A stretch of 32,000 nucleotides of DNA from Candidatus Iainarchaeum sp. GTDB lineage: Archaea > Iainarchaeota > Iainarchaeia > Iainarchaeales > JACQJH01. The stretch covers positions 240,001 through 272,000 of the forward strand of contig JACQJH010000002.1 in assembly GCA_016205145.1 (NCBI GenBank). The letters run 5' to 3'. Position 1 is the stretch's first letter, and the number at the start of each line of letters is the position of its first letter. The position numbers and the translations under genes are program-made. Of this stretch, positions 14,642-23,095 are shown piece by piece. Below the pieces are notes generated by a model, which did not search any database, was not told where the DNA came from, and was given only the letters and a program-made list of their open reading frames with translations.

Positions 14642-14700
14642 TGTCGAAAAATTCCGTTTGTTTAAAAACCGTTTCATGGCAATTCTTTTCCGGGCTGGCA

Positions 14701-15528
14701 ATGGCGCGGATTGAAAAAAATGGCAACTCCTTTTCACTGAAATTGTCCGAAGCCGAGGCGAAAAGCCTCAATATTGCAGAAGGCAAAAACTTTTCCGTTG
14801 CCAAAGTGCGCGACGGCCTGTTTGTTTTCGAGGAAAGCGCGGGCGAAAAGGAAAAAAATGCTTTGCTGGCGGGCAGAGGGTTCGAGCAACAGCGAGAACC
14901 CTCAACGTCGGACCCGGCGGACGAAACCGCCGAAAAAAGCAATCCTTTCGCGGAGCAGGACCGGAAAATCTTTTCCCTGCTTGAAAGCCTGCCCGCAGCC
15001 GACATAGTGGAAGGGAAATTTGAAAAGCAATTGAACAAGGAAGAGCTGGAGCGCTTCCAGTCGCTTTTGAAAGGCGGCGGAATCGAAAGGTTCAAGTCCT
15101 CGCCCAAATATTTCAAGTTCTTGTACAGGCAGGCCGCAAAACCGGCCAAAAAAAAGGAAAGCGAAAATCCTGCCGCGGAGGAAAAGGCGATTGAAGAGTA
15201 TTCGCTTGAAAAGGACGGCTTTTTTGTCGCAAAAAACGAGGAGCGCGTGAAGAGAATTTCGCAGGAGTTCGAGGAAAAAATCAAGAATGGCGAAATCCGC
15301 GGCATGAAGTCGTTTGACGGAAACTATTACATTGTCGAGGACGCCCTGCTGCAGAAGCACAGGCAGAAGGTTTTGGACTGCCTGAAAGCGGAAAAGCAGG
15401 CGAGCGTCGAAACCGTTGCGCAAAAAACTTCCATAAGCAAGACGCTTGCGAAAATCTGCTGCGAGTTCCTGAAAGAGGACGGCGAAATAATGGAAAAGCG
15501 CAGGGACATGTACTCGTTCATCGAATGA
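14701..15528 (+). CDS. Lys/Glu-rich hypothetical protein with a possible AbrB/SpoVT-like N-terminus and a winged-helix-like C-terminus
   Basis: The track ORF 14641..15528 starts at GTG. The first ATG is at 14701 (MARIEKNGNSFSLKLSEAEAKSLNIAEGKNFSVAKVRDGLFVF). The C-terminus (SVETVAQKTSISKTLAKICCEFLKEDGEIMEKRRDMYSF) looks wHTH-like. Domain calls are by eye only. The antisense ORF 14628..15305 is low-complexity S/F-rich and was rejected. Confidence 0.7.
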   Translation: MARIEKNGNSFSLKLSEAEAKSLNIAEGKNFSVAKVRDGLFVFEESAGEKEKNALLAGRGFEQQREPSTSDPADETAEKSNPFAEQDRKIFSLLESLPAADIVEGKFEKQLNKEELERFQSLLKGGGIERFKSSPKYFKFLYRQAAKPAKKKESENPAAEEKAIEEYSLEKDGFFVAKNEERVKRISQEFEEKIKNGEIRGMKSFDGNYYIVEDALLQKHRQKVLDCLKAEKQASVETVAQKTSISKTLAKICCEFLKEDGEIMEKRRDMYSFIE

Positions 15529-15574
15529 AAAAAAATCGCGTTCTCATGGGAAACTTGCCCCGATTACCCTTTTA

Positions 15575-16210
15575 TTGGCTTTCGGGCACACTCTTTTCAT
15601 GGAAGTCGAATTCAGGGGCAATGAAATCGTTTTCAACCGGCCGTTGTCTTATTTGGACAAACTTGTTCTCAGGTTCGTGAAAATACTCGAAAAATCAGGC
15701 ATAAGCCACGTGATAATTTCCGGCTACATTGCAATCCTTTTTGGCAGGAGCAGGAACACAGAAGATGTTGACCTGTTCATAGAGGAAACCGGTTTTGAAA
15801 AATTCTCCGCGTTGTGGTCGGAGCTTGAAAGGCAGGGCTTTGAATGCATCAACGCGTTTTCCGCGGAAAGCGCGTACAACGATTACCTGAAAGGGAAGCT
15901 TGCAATCAGGTTTGCGGAGAAAGGCGAAATCATCCCGAATTTTGAAATAAAATTTCCAAAAACAAGGCATAATGAATACTCTCTGAAAAACAAGCTGGTT
16001 GTCGTGCTGAACGGCGAAAAAATCAGCACTTCAGAATTGGAAATGCAGATAGCATTCAAGCTGAAGCTTGGAAGCCAGAAGGATTTCGAGGATGCAAGGC
16101 ACTTGTACAAATTGTTTAAAGAACAACTAAACACGGGTTTATTGCAGTTGCACATATCAGACCTTGGCGTTGAAAAAGAGGCTGAGAGGATACTATGGAA
16201 AAAGTACTGA
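15575..16210 (+). CDS. Nucleotidyltransferase-fold protein (MNT/pol-beta-like superfamily)
   Basis: SGYIAILFGRSRNTEDVDLFIE fits the G[SG]-x(9-12)-D-x-D minimal nucleotidyltransferase signature. The start is uncertain: TTG at 15575 or ATG at 15599. The stop overlaps the start of the next gene. Confidence 0.65.
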   Translation: MAFGHTLFMEVEFRGNEIVFNRPLSYLDKLVLRFVKILEKSGISHVIISGYIAILFGRSRNTEDVDLFIEETGFEKFSALWSELERQGFECINAFSAESAYNDYLKGKLAIRFAEKGEIIPNFEIKFPKTRHNEYSLKNKLVVVLNGEKISTSELEMQIAFKLKLGSQKDFEDARHLYKLFKEQLNTGLLQLHISDLGVEKEAERILWKKY

Positions 16211-16377
16211 AGCTCACAAAAGATGAGCTGAAAGAGCTTGAAGAGGAAAAAAAGCGCAACTTCGAGCAGAGAATGCAGTTTATAGACCTGTACGTGGAAT
16301 GGCTCAAAAAAAAGCCGAACAAGGCCTGGGCGAAAGGCCAGAACAGGCTTTTGAGCAGGGCAAAGGCTGAAACATGA
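16195..16377 (+). CDS. Small charged helical protein (60 aa), hypothetical
   Basis: Its ATG at 16195 overlaps the end of the upstream gene, and its stop overlaps the next start in an ATGA. This is a translational-coupling geometry. The sequence is K/E-rich and probably coiled-coil. Confidence 0.55.
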   Translation: MEKVLKLTKDELKELEEEKKRNFEQRMQFIDLYVEWLKKKPNKAWAKGQNRLLSRAKAET

Positions 16378-16781
16378 AAGACGTGAAAGTGCTCATTCCC
16401 TTGCTGTCAAAACTGGAAAACAATCAGGCTTTCCTTGACAGGGCATGCGAAGGCGCAAAGGAAATAATCGTTCTGGCGGTAATCGACCGCAGTCTGATGG
16501 TGGGGCAATTCGGTTTCTGCGCTTCGGAAATGATGGCCGCCAATGACGTCATGGAGGAAATGAGGAAAGCGATCGGCCAGAAGCGCAAAACGTGCAACGA
16601 CATAGTCGAATGGGGCGACACGCTCCAGAAAACCGTGAACATCGCAAAAATCCATTCGGCCGACAAAATCTTTCTCGCACGGCAGGACAACAGGTATTTT
16701 GAGGAAATCGCAGGCGGCCTGGAAAGGGAACTGGGAAAGAAAAAAATCGAAATAGTTGAAATCGCGGCGCCGCAAGCGTAA
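16374..16781 (+). CDS. Hypothetical protein, possibly with a USP-like/adenine-nucleotide alpha-hydrolase-like fold
   Basis: 135 aa. The beta-alpha pattern MKDVKVLIPL...AKEIIVLAVID...ADKIFLAR resembles universal stress proteins, but I do not see the G-x2-G-x9-G(S/T) ATP motif. ATGA overlap with the preceding gene. Confidence 0.55.
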   Translation: MKDVKVLIPLLSKLENNQAFLDRACEGAKEIIVLAVIDRSLMVGQFGFCASEMMAANDVMEEMRKAIGQKRKTCNDIVEWGDTLQKTVNIAKIHSADKIFLARQDNRYFEEIAGGLERELGKKKIEIVEIAAPQA

Positions 16782-16800
16782 AAAAATAAAATCCCGCGGC

Positions 16801-16820
16801 AAAAAAACGCAAAAGCAAAA
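16801..16820 (-). terminator. Oligo-T tracts downstream of trpS (minus strand ttttgcttttgcgttttttt)
   Basis: Immediately 3' of the TrpRS stop codon (16824-16826) on the minus strand. Archaeal termination typically uses T-runs. Confidence 0.35.
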
Positions 16821-16823
16821 CGC

Positions 16824-17912
16824 CTACTTTCCGAAAACGATTTTTTCGGCTTTTTTCATGTTGTCCGCGCGCTTTGCCTGGTGCGATTCAAGGAAGTCCT
16901 TGAAGTGTTCAACCGCAATCTGCTTGAGTTCGCCTGAAAGCATTCTTCCCGAACGGAATTCCTCGACGGTTTTCTCGTACTTTTTCCTGTTCGGCTGGTG
17001 GAATTTGAGCAGTTCGCATACCTTGCAGATTTCCGGGATTCCGCCCAGCCTGCGGTGCTCTTCAACCGAAGGCCTGCCGCCCGTGAAAGCCTTCTGGATT
17101 TTCTTTTCAACTTCTTTCAGGGAATCGTTGAGGAAAATCGCGGTGTGCGGCTCGGAAGAAGACATTTTAGTGCCCTCCTGCAAACCGCTTTGGTGCTCGA
17201 AGTAAACGAATGACGGAACTTCCATCGGATAGGGAAGCCTTTTCGCTATGTCCCTCACCGACCGCGCATGCGGGTCCTGGTCGAGGCCGATGCCCGTAAC
17301 GGAAGGCATTTTTCCGACAAACTCCGCAAGCTGCGGATGCAAAATGTCGGCATACTGCAAAAGGTTGGCGGAAACCTTGCCCAGGTCGATGTGCCCGTAA
17401 ATCGCCTCGAAGGTGTTGCGCGTGATCTTCTTGCTCAATTCGAATGCAAAATTGTAGTAGCGCGGCTTCTGCCGGCTCTGCAAATAAATGTCATCCTCGG
17501 ACAGGCCGAGGGCAAGCAGGTCAGCGACATTGCTTACAGCGAATTCCCTCGCCTTTTCAAGCGATGGCACTTTCGCGTCCGGCCTGCTCACGTACGCGTC
17601 GATGTCTGAAACCGAAAAAAAGTTCACTGCGCCGTGCCTTTTGAAAAAAACGAACAAATCGACGTCCGCCTTGTGGCCAAGGTGATAGTGCCCTGACGAG
17701 GCGATGCCGGTAATGTTGATGAACGGCTTCTGGCTTTTCATCCTCGCGAAAACCTTTTCGAAGTCGCGGTGCGCAATGACAATGCTGCGCTCGAAAAAAT
17801 GGTGGCCGATCTGCTTTGCCAGCCCGGGAGGAAAGGGCGTGAGGCCGAATTCCTTGAAGACGTGCGCGTAATCGGATACCTGGGCGGAACTCCATGGGTC
17901 AAGTTCGGTCAT
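16824..17912 (-). CDS. trpS: Tryptophanyl-tRNA synthetase, archaeal/eukaryotic type
   Basis: 362 aa class I aaRS. It has a HIGH-like motif (GHYHLGH), a KMSKS-like motif (KMSSS) and an N-terminal LDPW...Y..FKEFG block typical of archaeal/eukaryal TrpRS. ATG at 17912. Confidence 0.85.
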   Translation of the reverse strand: MTELDPWSSAQVSDYAHVFKEFGLTPFPPGLAKQIGHHFFERSIVIAHRDFEKVFARMKSQKPFINITGIASSGHYHLGHKADVDLFVFFKRHGAVNFFSVSDIDAYVSRPDAKVPSLEKAREFAVSNVADLLALGLSEDDIYLQSRQKPRYYNFAFELSKKITRNTFEAIYGHIDLGKVSANLLQYADILHPQLAEFVGKMPSVTGIGLDQDPHARSVRDIAKRLPYPMEVPSFVYFEHQSGLQEGTKMSSSEPHTAIFLNDSLKEVEKKIQKAFTGGRPSVEEHRRLGGIPEICKVCELLKFHQPNRKKYEKTVEEFRSGRMLSGELKQIAVEHFKDFLESHQAKRADNMKKAEKIVFGK

Positions 17913-17942
17913 TGGAAATCAAATATAAATTACTTTACAATA

Positions 17943-17992
17943 TTTAATAGTTGTTTTGGAGTGAACGTTTAATAGTTGTCTTGGAGTGAACG
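17943..17992. repeat. 25 bp tandem duplication (tttaatagttgtYttggagtgaacg x2, 1 mismatch) in the trpS/methyltransferase divergent intergenic region
   Basis: Copy 1 is 17943-17967 and copy 2 is 17968-17992. Each copy carries a TATA-like tttaata and an SD-like ggagtga. Copy 2 ends 1 nt before the ATG at 17994. tatttaat at 17941-17948 reads ATTAAATA on the minus strand, 29-36 nt upstream of the trpS ATG. Confidence 0.9.
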
Positions 17993-17993
17993 C

Positions 17994-18725
17994 ATGGCCG
18001 GAGATTTCGTGCAGCAGCAGACAAGCCGCTTTTTCAACAGCGAAGGCGAACTGAACAAGTATGCGAGCGCGGAACGCGAATGGCTTTTCAGGGAACCGAA
18101 AAACGGGTTCCTGGACCACATAAAAAAACTGCCAAAAAATTCAAGTGTCATAGACATAGGCGGGGGCGGCGGAGTGCACTGCAACCTCATCAAAAAAACG
18201 AGGCCGGACATTGACTGCACGGTAATCGACAATTCCGGGGAAATGCTGAATTCCTGCCGGAAAAACTTTCCGGGAATCAGGACCATTCACGGCGACATCC
18301 TGAAGACAGGCCTGCCGGAAAAATACGACGTGATAATGGCGAATTTTATCCTGCACCATCTGACCGCAGACGGCAGGGAACAGACAATGCGGAATATCGG
18401 GATGGCGGTGGAAAAGATGGTTGCCGCGTCAAAAAAGGAAACCGTGTTTTTCATAAGCGAACATATTACGGGCACGCCGTTGCAGGCGCGCCTTGTCTAT
18501 TTTCTCACAAAATTGTCGGGCAGAACCGGAATCAGGACGCCGCACAACAGCGGGGCGGTGGTCTACTTTTTGTCAAAAGCCGAATTCGACGGCCTGATGG
18601 AAAAAAACGGCCTCAAAAAAACAGCCGAATTCGAATACCGCTACAAAAAAGGCCTTGTGAAGACGGCGGTGGAAAAGCTGTTCGGAATGAAGACAGTTTC
18701 ATTCATCCTGAAAAGAACTTCCTGA
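17994..18725 (+). CDS. Class I SAM-dependent methyltransferase
   Basis: Motif I VIDIGGGGG, acidic residue at the end of beta2 (VIDNSGEML), GDI, and DVIMANFILHHL. The track ORF starts at TTG 17976. The ATG at 17994 is preceded by ggagtga. Confidence 0.8.
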   Translation: MAGDFVQQQTSRFFNSEGELNKYASAEREWLFREPKNGFLDHIKKLPKNSSVIDIGGGGGVHCNLIKKTRPDIDCTVIDNSGEMLNSCRKNFPGIRTIHGDILKTGLPEKYDVIMANFILHHLTADGREQTMRNIGMAVEKMVAASKKETVFFISEHITGTPLQARLVYFLTKLSGRTGIRTPHNSGAVVYFLSKAEFDGLMEKNGLKKTAEFEYRYKKGLVKTAVEKLFGMKTVSFILKRTS

Positions 18726-18806
18726 ATTTGGCCGGGAGGTTGCCGGGCATCCAAGCATTTAACAATCTTACCGCGAAGTATACAAATACGGCAACCGGTG
18801 ATGAGA

Positions 18807-19316
18807 ATGGCTTTGCTTTTGCAGGACAAGGTCCTCGTGAAGGAAATGAAACTGCGCGACCAGCTTATCGGCAGGGGCTTCGGCGAACTCAAAAACCAGG
18901 TGCTTGTACTGGATTTGCACGAAGCACTTTTCCTGTCGGCAAAGGACAGGCTGGAAATCGAAAACGAAAGCGGCAAAAAAGCCGACGCCGAAGAACTGCT
19001 GAAGCTCGGGCAGAAAGCGGACAAGAAATTCTATTCAACCCACATTGTTTTCGCGGATCTGCGGGAAAGGGGCTTTGTCGTCAAGACAGGCCTGAAATTC
19101 GGCTTCGATTTCAGGGTCTATCCGCGCGGAAAAAAGCAGGGCGAAGCCCACACGCAGTGGGTCGTAAGCGTCAGCGCACAGGACGAAAAGTTTTCAATGC
19201 CGGAGCTTTCGCGCATGGTCAGGCTGGCAGGCAACATCAAGACCGAACTGCTGCAGGCAATCGTGGACGCGGAAGACGACATAAACTATTACAAGATAGA
19301 GCGCATCGTGCCATAA
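18807..19316 (+). CDS. endA: tRNA-splicing endonuclease, short (homotetramer-type) EndA
   Basis: GLKFGFDFRVYPRGKKQGEAHTQWVV carries the catalytic Tyr/His region of EndA. Later Lys residues are also present, and the ~170 aa length matches the M. jannaschii type. Candidate starts are GTG 18798, ATG 18801 and ATG 18807. The last has GGTGAT 5-10 nt upstream. Confidence 0.8.
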   Translation: MALLLQDKVLVKEMKLRDQLIGRGFGELKNQVLVLDLHEALFLSAKDRLEIENESGKKADAEELLKLGQKADKKFYSTHIVFADLRERGFVVKTGLKFGFDFRVYPRGKKQGEAHTQWVVSVSAQDEKFSMPELSRMVRLAGNIKTELLQAIVDAEDDINYYKIERIVP

Positions 19317-19475
19317 AGAGTTATAACAAAAAAGAAATGCCGAATTTCGCACAGCGCAAAAAATTGAAAAGCCGGAGGCATTCGCCCCCAGCCAAGAACG
19401 CATATGCGCAAAATAGCGCACCCGGCCATCACGCAGTGATGCGCCCTGGTTTCGCTCCACCAGCCGAAACCGCGT

Positions 19476-19652
19476 TTAGATGTCTTCCGGCCTCACCGTC
19501 TTGCGGCCGTTTGCCTCGCATCTCTTGACCGCTTTCTTTATGAGCAAGTCAACTTCAGCGCTCAAGGCATCCGGAAAATCGCCCGCGCAGTTGCAGCCTG
19601 CTGCCTTGACAGCATCCTTTACCTTGGAAGTTACAACCAAAATTTCCGCCAT
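19476..19652 (-). CDS. 58 aa histone-fold-like small protein (DUF1931-like)
   Basis: Below the ORF-track size cutoff. Hand translation gives MAEILVVTSKVKDAVKAAGCNCAGDFPDALSAEVDLLIKKAVKRCEANGRKTVRPEDI*. The ending GRKTVRPEDI is the loop2/alpha3 signature of archaeal histones. A strong SD-like GGGGTGA lies 7 nt upstream of the ATG. The + strand ORF 19480..19674 is its antisense. Confidence 0.7.
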   Translation of the reverse strand: MAEILVVTSKVKDAVKAAGCNCAGDFPDALSAEVDLLIKKAVKRCEANGRKTVRPEDI

Positions 19653-19712
19653 TCGAAATCACCCCGGAAATTAACAAAAAGTTAATTTTCAAATTAAATT
19701 GGGCAGAAAAAC

Positions 19713-19720
19713 TATTTAAA
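19713..19720 (-). promoter_or_regulatory. Candidate TATA box (minus strand TTTAAATA) for the 58 aa gene
   Basis: The + strand tatttaaa at 19713-19720 reads as the consensus-like TTTAAATA on the minus strand. It lies 61-68 nt upstream of the ATG at 19652, in an AT-rich spacer. Confidence 0.4.
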
Positions 19721-19836
19721 ACAATCATAACGGGCGTTCTTCAGGCTGCAGTGTCGCCGATAAAAAGGCTGTCGGACAACTGGCGGCGTTTACTGTTTCC
19801 TCATTTTTGACGGCATAATTCTCATAAATTACAACA

Positions 19837-21078
19837 TCATATTTTCAGGATTTGGGCATAAAGCTTTATGTAAGCCGCGGCATTCTTTTCAACACTAAAC
19901 AATTTAGCAGATAAAACTGAATCCGCGCACAATTTTGAACGCCTGTCAGAATCCAAGCCCATAACCCAAGCAAGCCCTTCAGCCAAACTTTCAGCATTTC
20001 CTGTTTTGGCGATAAAACCGGTTTTTTTGTGCCGGACAATTTCCGGTATGCCCCCGGCACCAAAAGCAATGACCGGCTTGCCGCATGCAAGCGCTTCCAA
20101 TACCGCCAATGGCTGATTATCAACCAGCGAAGGGGCAACAAATGCGTCGCTTGCGGAAAGCAATTCCGCAATGCGGTTCTCATCAGAAACAAATCCGGTT
20201 TTCTCGCCGGTTATGCCAGCGTTTTCAAAGTCAAAATCTCCTTCGCCAATCAAAAGCACTGTCGGTTCAAGGCCCTCGGATTTTATAATTTGAAGTGCCC
20301 TCACAAGAAATGGGAGGCCCTTGAATTCATTGCTGAGGTGCGCTGCCATAAACGACAGGACAAAAGCATTTTTTGGCAGACCAAGCCCTGCCCGAACCGA
20401 ATTTCTGTTTTTACGCGGGAAAAATGTTCTCGTGTCAACGCAATTCGGAATAACCGAATGGGAAAGCGGCGAAAGCAGACTTTTGCGTGCAAGGCCGCAC
20501 ATCCAATTCGACGGGGAAACGCACCAGACGCGCCCGGCGCATGCTTCAGCATCATTCTTCTTTATTTTCCACAAGAGCGATGCCGTGTCAATTAAAATAG
20601 GCGGGTATTCGCCCAAAAAAGGACACTTTTTACACCCGGAGAGCCATTTCTCGCACCGCCCCCCGCCCGCATAAACGCAATGGCCGGTGAAAGCCCACAT
20701 GTCCCGCATTGACCAGACAACCGGCTTTTCTTTCGCTGCCTGCCGGATTATCCCAATATTCAAATAACCCCCGAGCGTGTCATGAAAATGCAGCACATCC
20801 GCTTTTCTGACAGCATCGATTTTCATCAGCCGGCTAAAAGACGGCTGAAAAAAATACTGAAGACCCGAGACATCCTCCATTTTGCTGTAGATTCTTTTCC
20901 ACAATCCTTCGAAACCAAAACCGGACAAGGGAATAACATCCGGGTCGGCGGTGTATTTTGCCCCCACGACAAATTTAGAATCGTGACCAAACCCTCTCAA
21001 TGCCGAATGCAGCAGGTAAGCCGATTTTGACGAGCCGCCGCCCCCCCAATCACGATTGTGAATTTGCACTATTCGCAT
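19837..21078 (-). CDS. Glycosyltransferase, GT4 family (GT-B fold)
   Basis: Starting at the ATG at 21078 gives the typical MRIVQIHNRDWGGGGS N-terminus. The C-terminal half has the GT4 pattern (SLVDNQPLAVLEALACGKPVIAFGAGGIPEIV). The track ORF extends to 21147. Confidence 0.85.
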   Translation of the reverse strand: MRIVQIHNRDWGGGGSSKSAYLLHSALRGFGHDSKFVVGAKYTADPDVIPLSGFGFEGLWKRIYSKMEDVSGLQYFFQPSFSRLMKIDAVRKADVLHFHDTLGGYLNIGIIRQAAKEKPVVWSMRDMWAFTGHCVYAGGGRCEKWLSGCKKCPFLGEYPPILIDTASLLWKIKKNDAEACAGRVWCVSPSNWMCGLARKSLLSPLSHSVIPNCVDTRTFFPRKNRNSVRAGLGLPKNAFVLSFMAAHLSNEFKGLPFLVRALQIIKSEGLEPTVLLIGEGDFDFENAGITGEKTGFVSDENRIAELLSASDAFVAPSLVDNQPLAVLEALACGKPVIAFGAGGIPEIVRHKKTGFIAKTGNAESLAEGLAWVMGLDSDRRSKLCADSVLSAKLFSVEKNAAAYIKLYAQILKI

Positions 21079-21222
21079 ATACGCCGCCTTCCTAGCCCAA
21101 AACTTCACCAACGGGTTTCTCCAAAAAAAACGGCCCCAATTGCACAAGCCACAATCGAAAATTTTGGTAAGCCGTGAAAAAACATTGTCCGTTTTATAAG
21201 TTAAAAATATGCATAGGTGGCA

Positions 21223-23085
21223 TCAGAGAACATGCGAAGGTTTTTCATTCTCAAGGAAAATTTTGTTCCAGACCGCAAAAGACAAAAAGAGCCATTTTTG
21301 TGGGCCGCCCATGCGTTGTTTGTTTGCAATCATTCTTCTGACCACCGGCATATCAAAAAAATTTTCTAGCGTAGAATCTCTTTCGAAGAAAAACCTGCCC
21401 AACTGGCCGTCAAGGAAAGATGAAACCCACGGCAATTCCGGAAAACCAAAACCGGTTTTCTTGTCAAAAAGAATTGTTTCCGGAAGTTTTCCGGCAAGCG
21501 CTTTCCGGAAAATTATTTTCCTGCGCGAACCAGAATGCTTCAAATTAAATGGTATTGACATGGCATGGCTTGCAAAACCCTCATCCAAAAGCGGAACCCT
21601 GACTTCGAGCGAATTGTTCATTGACATCCTGTCAACCTTCACAAGAAGGTCATCGGGCAAATAAGTTTTCAAATCCTGGAAAAGCACCCTGTTCAGTCCC
21701 TCGCGTTTCGGCAAAGAATCACCGTATGCAAAAACAGCCTTTTTGGTCGAATAGCTTTCACGCGGCACGCCGTAAACAAACTGGTTTTTGCCTAAATCAA
21801 ATTGAATTTTGCGGTAAAAATGCAAATCACGCGGGCAATGTGAGTGAAACCTAAAATATTCATATAGCCGTGAGTTAAGCCCCGGAGAAACTTTGCCTAA
21901 AATGCGGCGAAAAAAAGCATTATACGTCAGGGAAGCCCCGCCCCACAACCGCCGAAACTTGTTGGAAAATAGCACATCATAGTTCGGATAGCCTGCAAAA
22001 AGCTCGTCGCCGCCATCACCTGCAAGAACACATTTGACATGTCTGGCCGCCAGTCCGGAAACTGCGTTTGTCGGAACCGCGGAATCGTCATAAAAAGGCT
22101 GGCCAAACCTGGCGATCAATAATGGAAAATCTTCCAAATGTTTTTTCCCAACCAAAATCTCGTGGTGTTTTGTGCCTAAAGCGGACGCGACAAGCCTTGC
22201 GTTCGGGAGTTCGCACTCATCACCTTCAAAGCCTGCTGAAAAGGTATTGAGATTATCAGCATTCTGGGTCGCCGCCCATGTCACCGCGCTGGAATCAACC
22301 CCGCCACTGAGAAAAACTCCGACAGGCGTGTCGGCAACCAGTTGGCTTTCAACCGAACGTGAAAGCAGTTCAGGAATGCGCGCAATCGACTCGGCTTCAC
22401 CGCCAAATTTTGACGGACCAGATGCAAGATTGGAGAATTGCCCCCGCCCAACCGTTTTTTCGGCTACATTGATTTCCAGGAAATGCCCCGGCAAAAGCGA
22501 CCGTATCCTCGAAAAAATCGTTTTGGGCGACAAAACGTAACCCAAAGTAAAGTAATCGGCCATTGCATCCGAATCTATTGATTTGTCAAACTGCGGGGCA
22601 AGCGTAAGCGGCTTTATTTCCGAGGAAAACAAAAATGAATCGCCATAATCTGAGTAAAACAGGGGTTTTATCCCGAACTGGTCGCGTGCAAGCAGGACAC
22701 GCGTTCTACCGGAATCAAAAAGTGCGAAGGCAAACTGACCGCGCAGTTTCCCAAAAAAGGAGTCGCCGAACTCCTCATAAGCGTGAACGATTGTTTCGGT
22801 GTCGGTTTTTGTGTAAAATCTGTGCCCACTGTCTTCAAGAAGTGCCCGCAGTTCCACGAAATTGAAAATTTCGCCGTTGAAAACAACCGCAATGCTTTTG
22901 TCCTCATTGAAAATAGGCTGGTTTCCGCCGGCAATGTCTATTATGCTCAACCGCTGGCTCGCCAAACTGACCTTGGCGTCATAAAAAAAACCTTTTCCGT
23001 CCGGACCGCGATGCTCCTGCAAGCTTGCCATCCGCTTAAGCAGACCCTTGTCCTCAAACCCGACAAAACCGCAGATGCCGCACAA
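21223..23085 (-). CDS. asnB: Asparagine synthase (glutamine-hydrolysing)-like amidotransferase, glycan-cluster type
   Basis: N-terminal CGICGF Ntn-amidotransferase nucleophile, plus the SGGVDSS PP-loop. The track start TTG 23091 gives MILCGI. Ntn enzymes need Cys directly after Met, so TTG at 23085 (M-CGICG) is the likely start. AGGTG lies 7 nt upstream of it, overlapping the upstream stop. Confidence 0.85.
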   Translation of the reverse strand: MCGICGFVGFEDKGLLKRMASLQEHRGPDGKGFFYDAKVSLASQRLSIIDIAGGNQPIFNEDKSIAVVFNGEIFNFVELRALLEDSGHRFYTKTDTETIVHAYEEFGDSFFGKLRGQFAFALFDSGRTRVLLARDQFGIKPLFYSDYGDSFLFSSEIKPLTLAPQFDKSIDSDAMADYFTLGYVLSPKTIFSRIRSLLPGHFLEINVAEKTVGRGQFSNLASGPSKFGGEAESIARIPELLSRSVESQLVADTPVGVFLSGGVDSSAVTWAATQNADNLNTFSAGFEGDECELPNARLVASALGTKHHEILVGKKHLEDFPLLIARFGQPFYDDSAVPTNAVSGLAARHVKCVLAGDGGDELFAGYPNYDVLFSNKFRRLWGGASLTYNAFFRRILGKVSPGLNSRLYEYFRFHSHCPRDLHFYRKIQFDLGKNQFVYGVPRESYSTKKAVFAYGDSLPKREGLNRVLFQDLKTYLPDDLLVKVDRMSMNNSLEVRVPLLDEGFASHAMSIPFNLKHSGSRRKIIFRKALAGKLPETILFDKKTGFGFPELPWVSSFLDGQLGRFFFERDSTLENFFDMPVVRRMIANKQRMGGPQKWLFLSFAVWNKIFLENEKPSHVL

Positions 23086-23095
23086 AATCAAACAC

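Noticed and set aside
14628-15305. 225 aa minus-strand ORF
   Set aside because: Its Ser/Phe-rich low-complexity sequence is antisense to the Lys/Glu-rich + strand gene, which has plausible domain structure.
19448-19471. Hairpin ggtttcg-N10-cgaaacc 5 nt downstream of the 58 aa gene stop, and a second atcac-gca-gtgat hairpin nearby
   Set aside because: It could be a terminator or a small RNA element, but no T-run follows on the minus strand and there is no covariation evidence. That is too weak to annotate.
18728-19528. 266 aa + strand ORF (Arg/Gly/Gln-rich)
   Set aside because: It is the wrong frame over endA, whose own frame gives clear EndA motifs. It also runs through the intergenic spacer and the antisense of the 58 aa gene.
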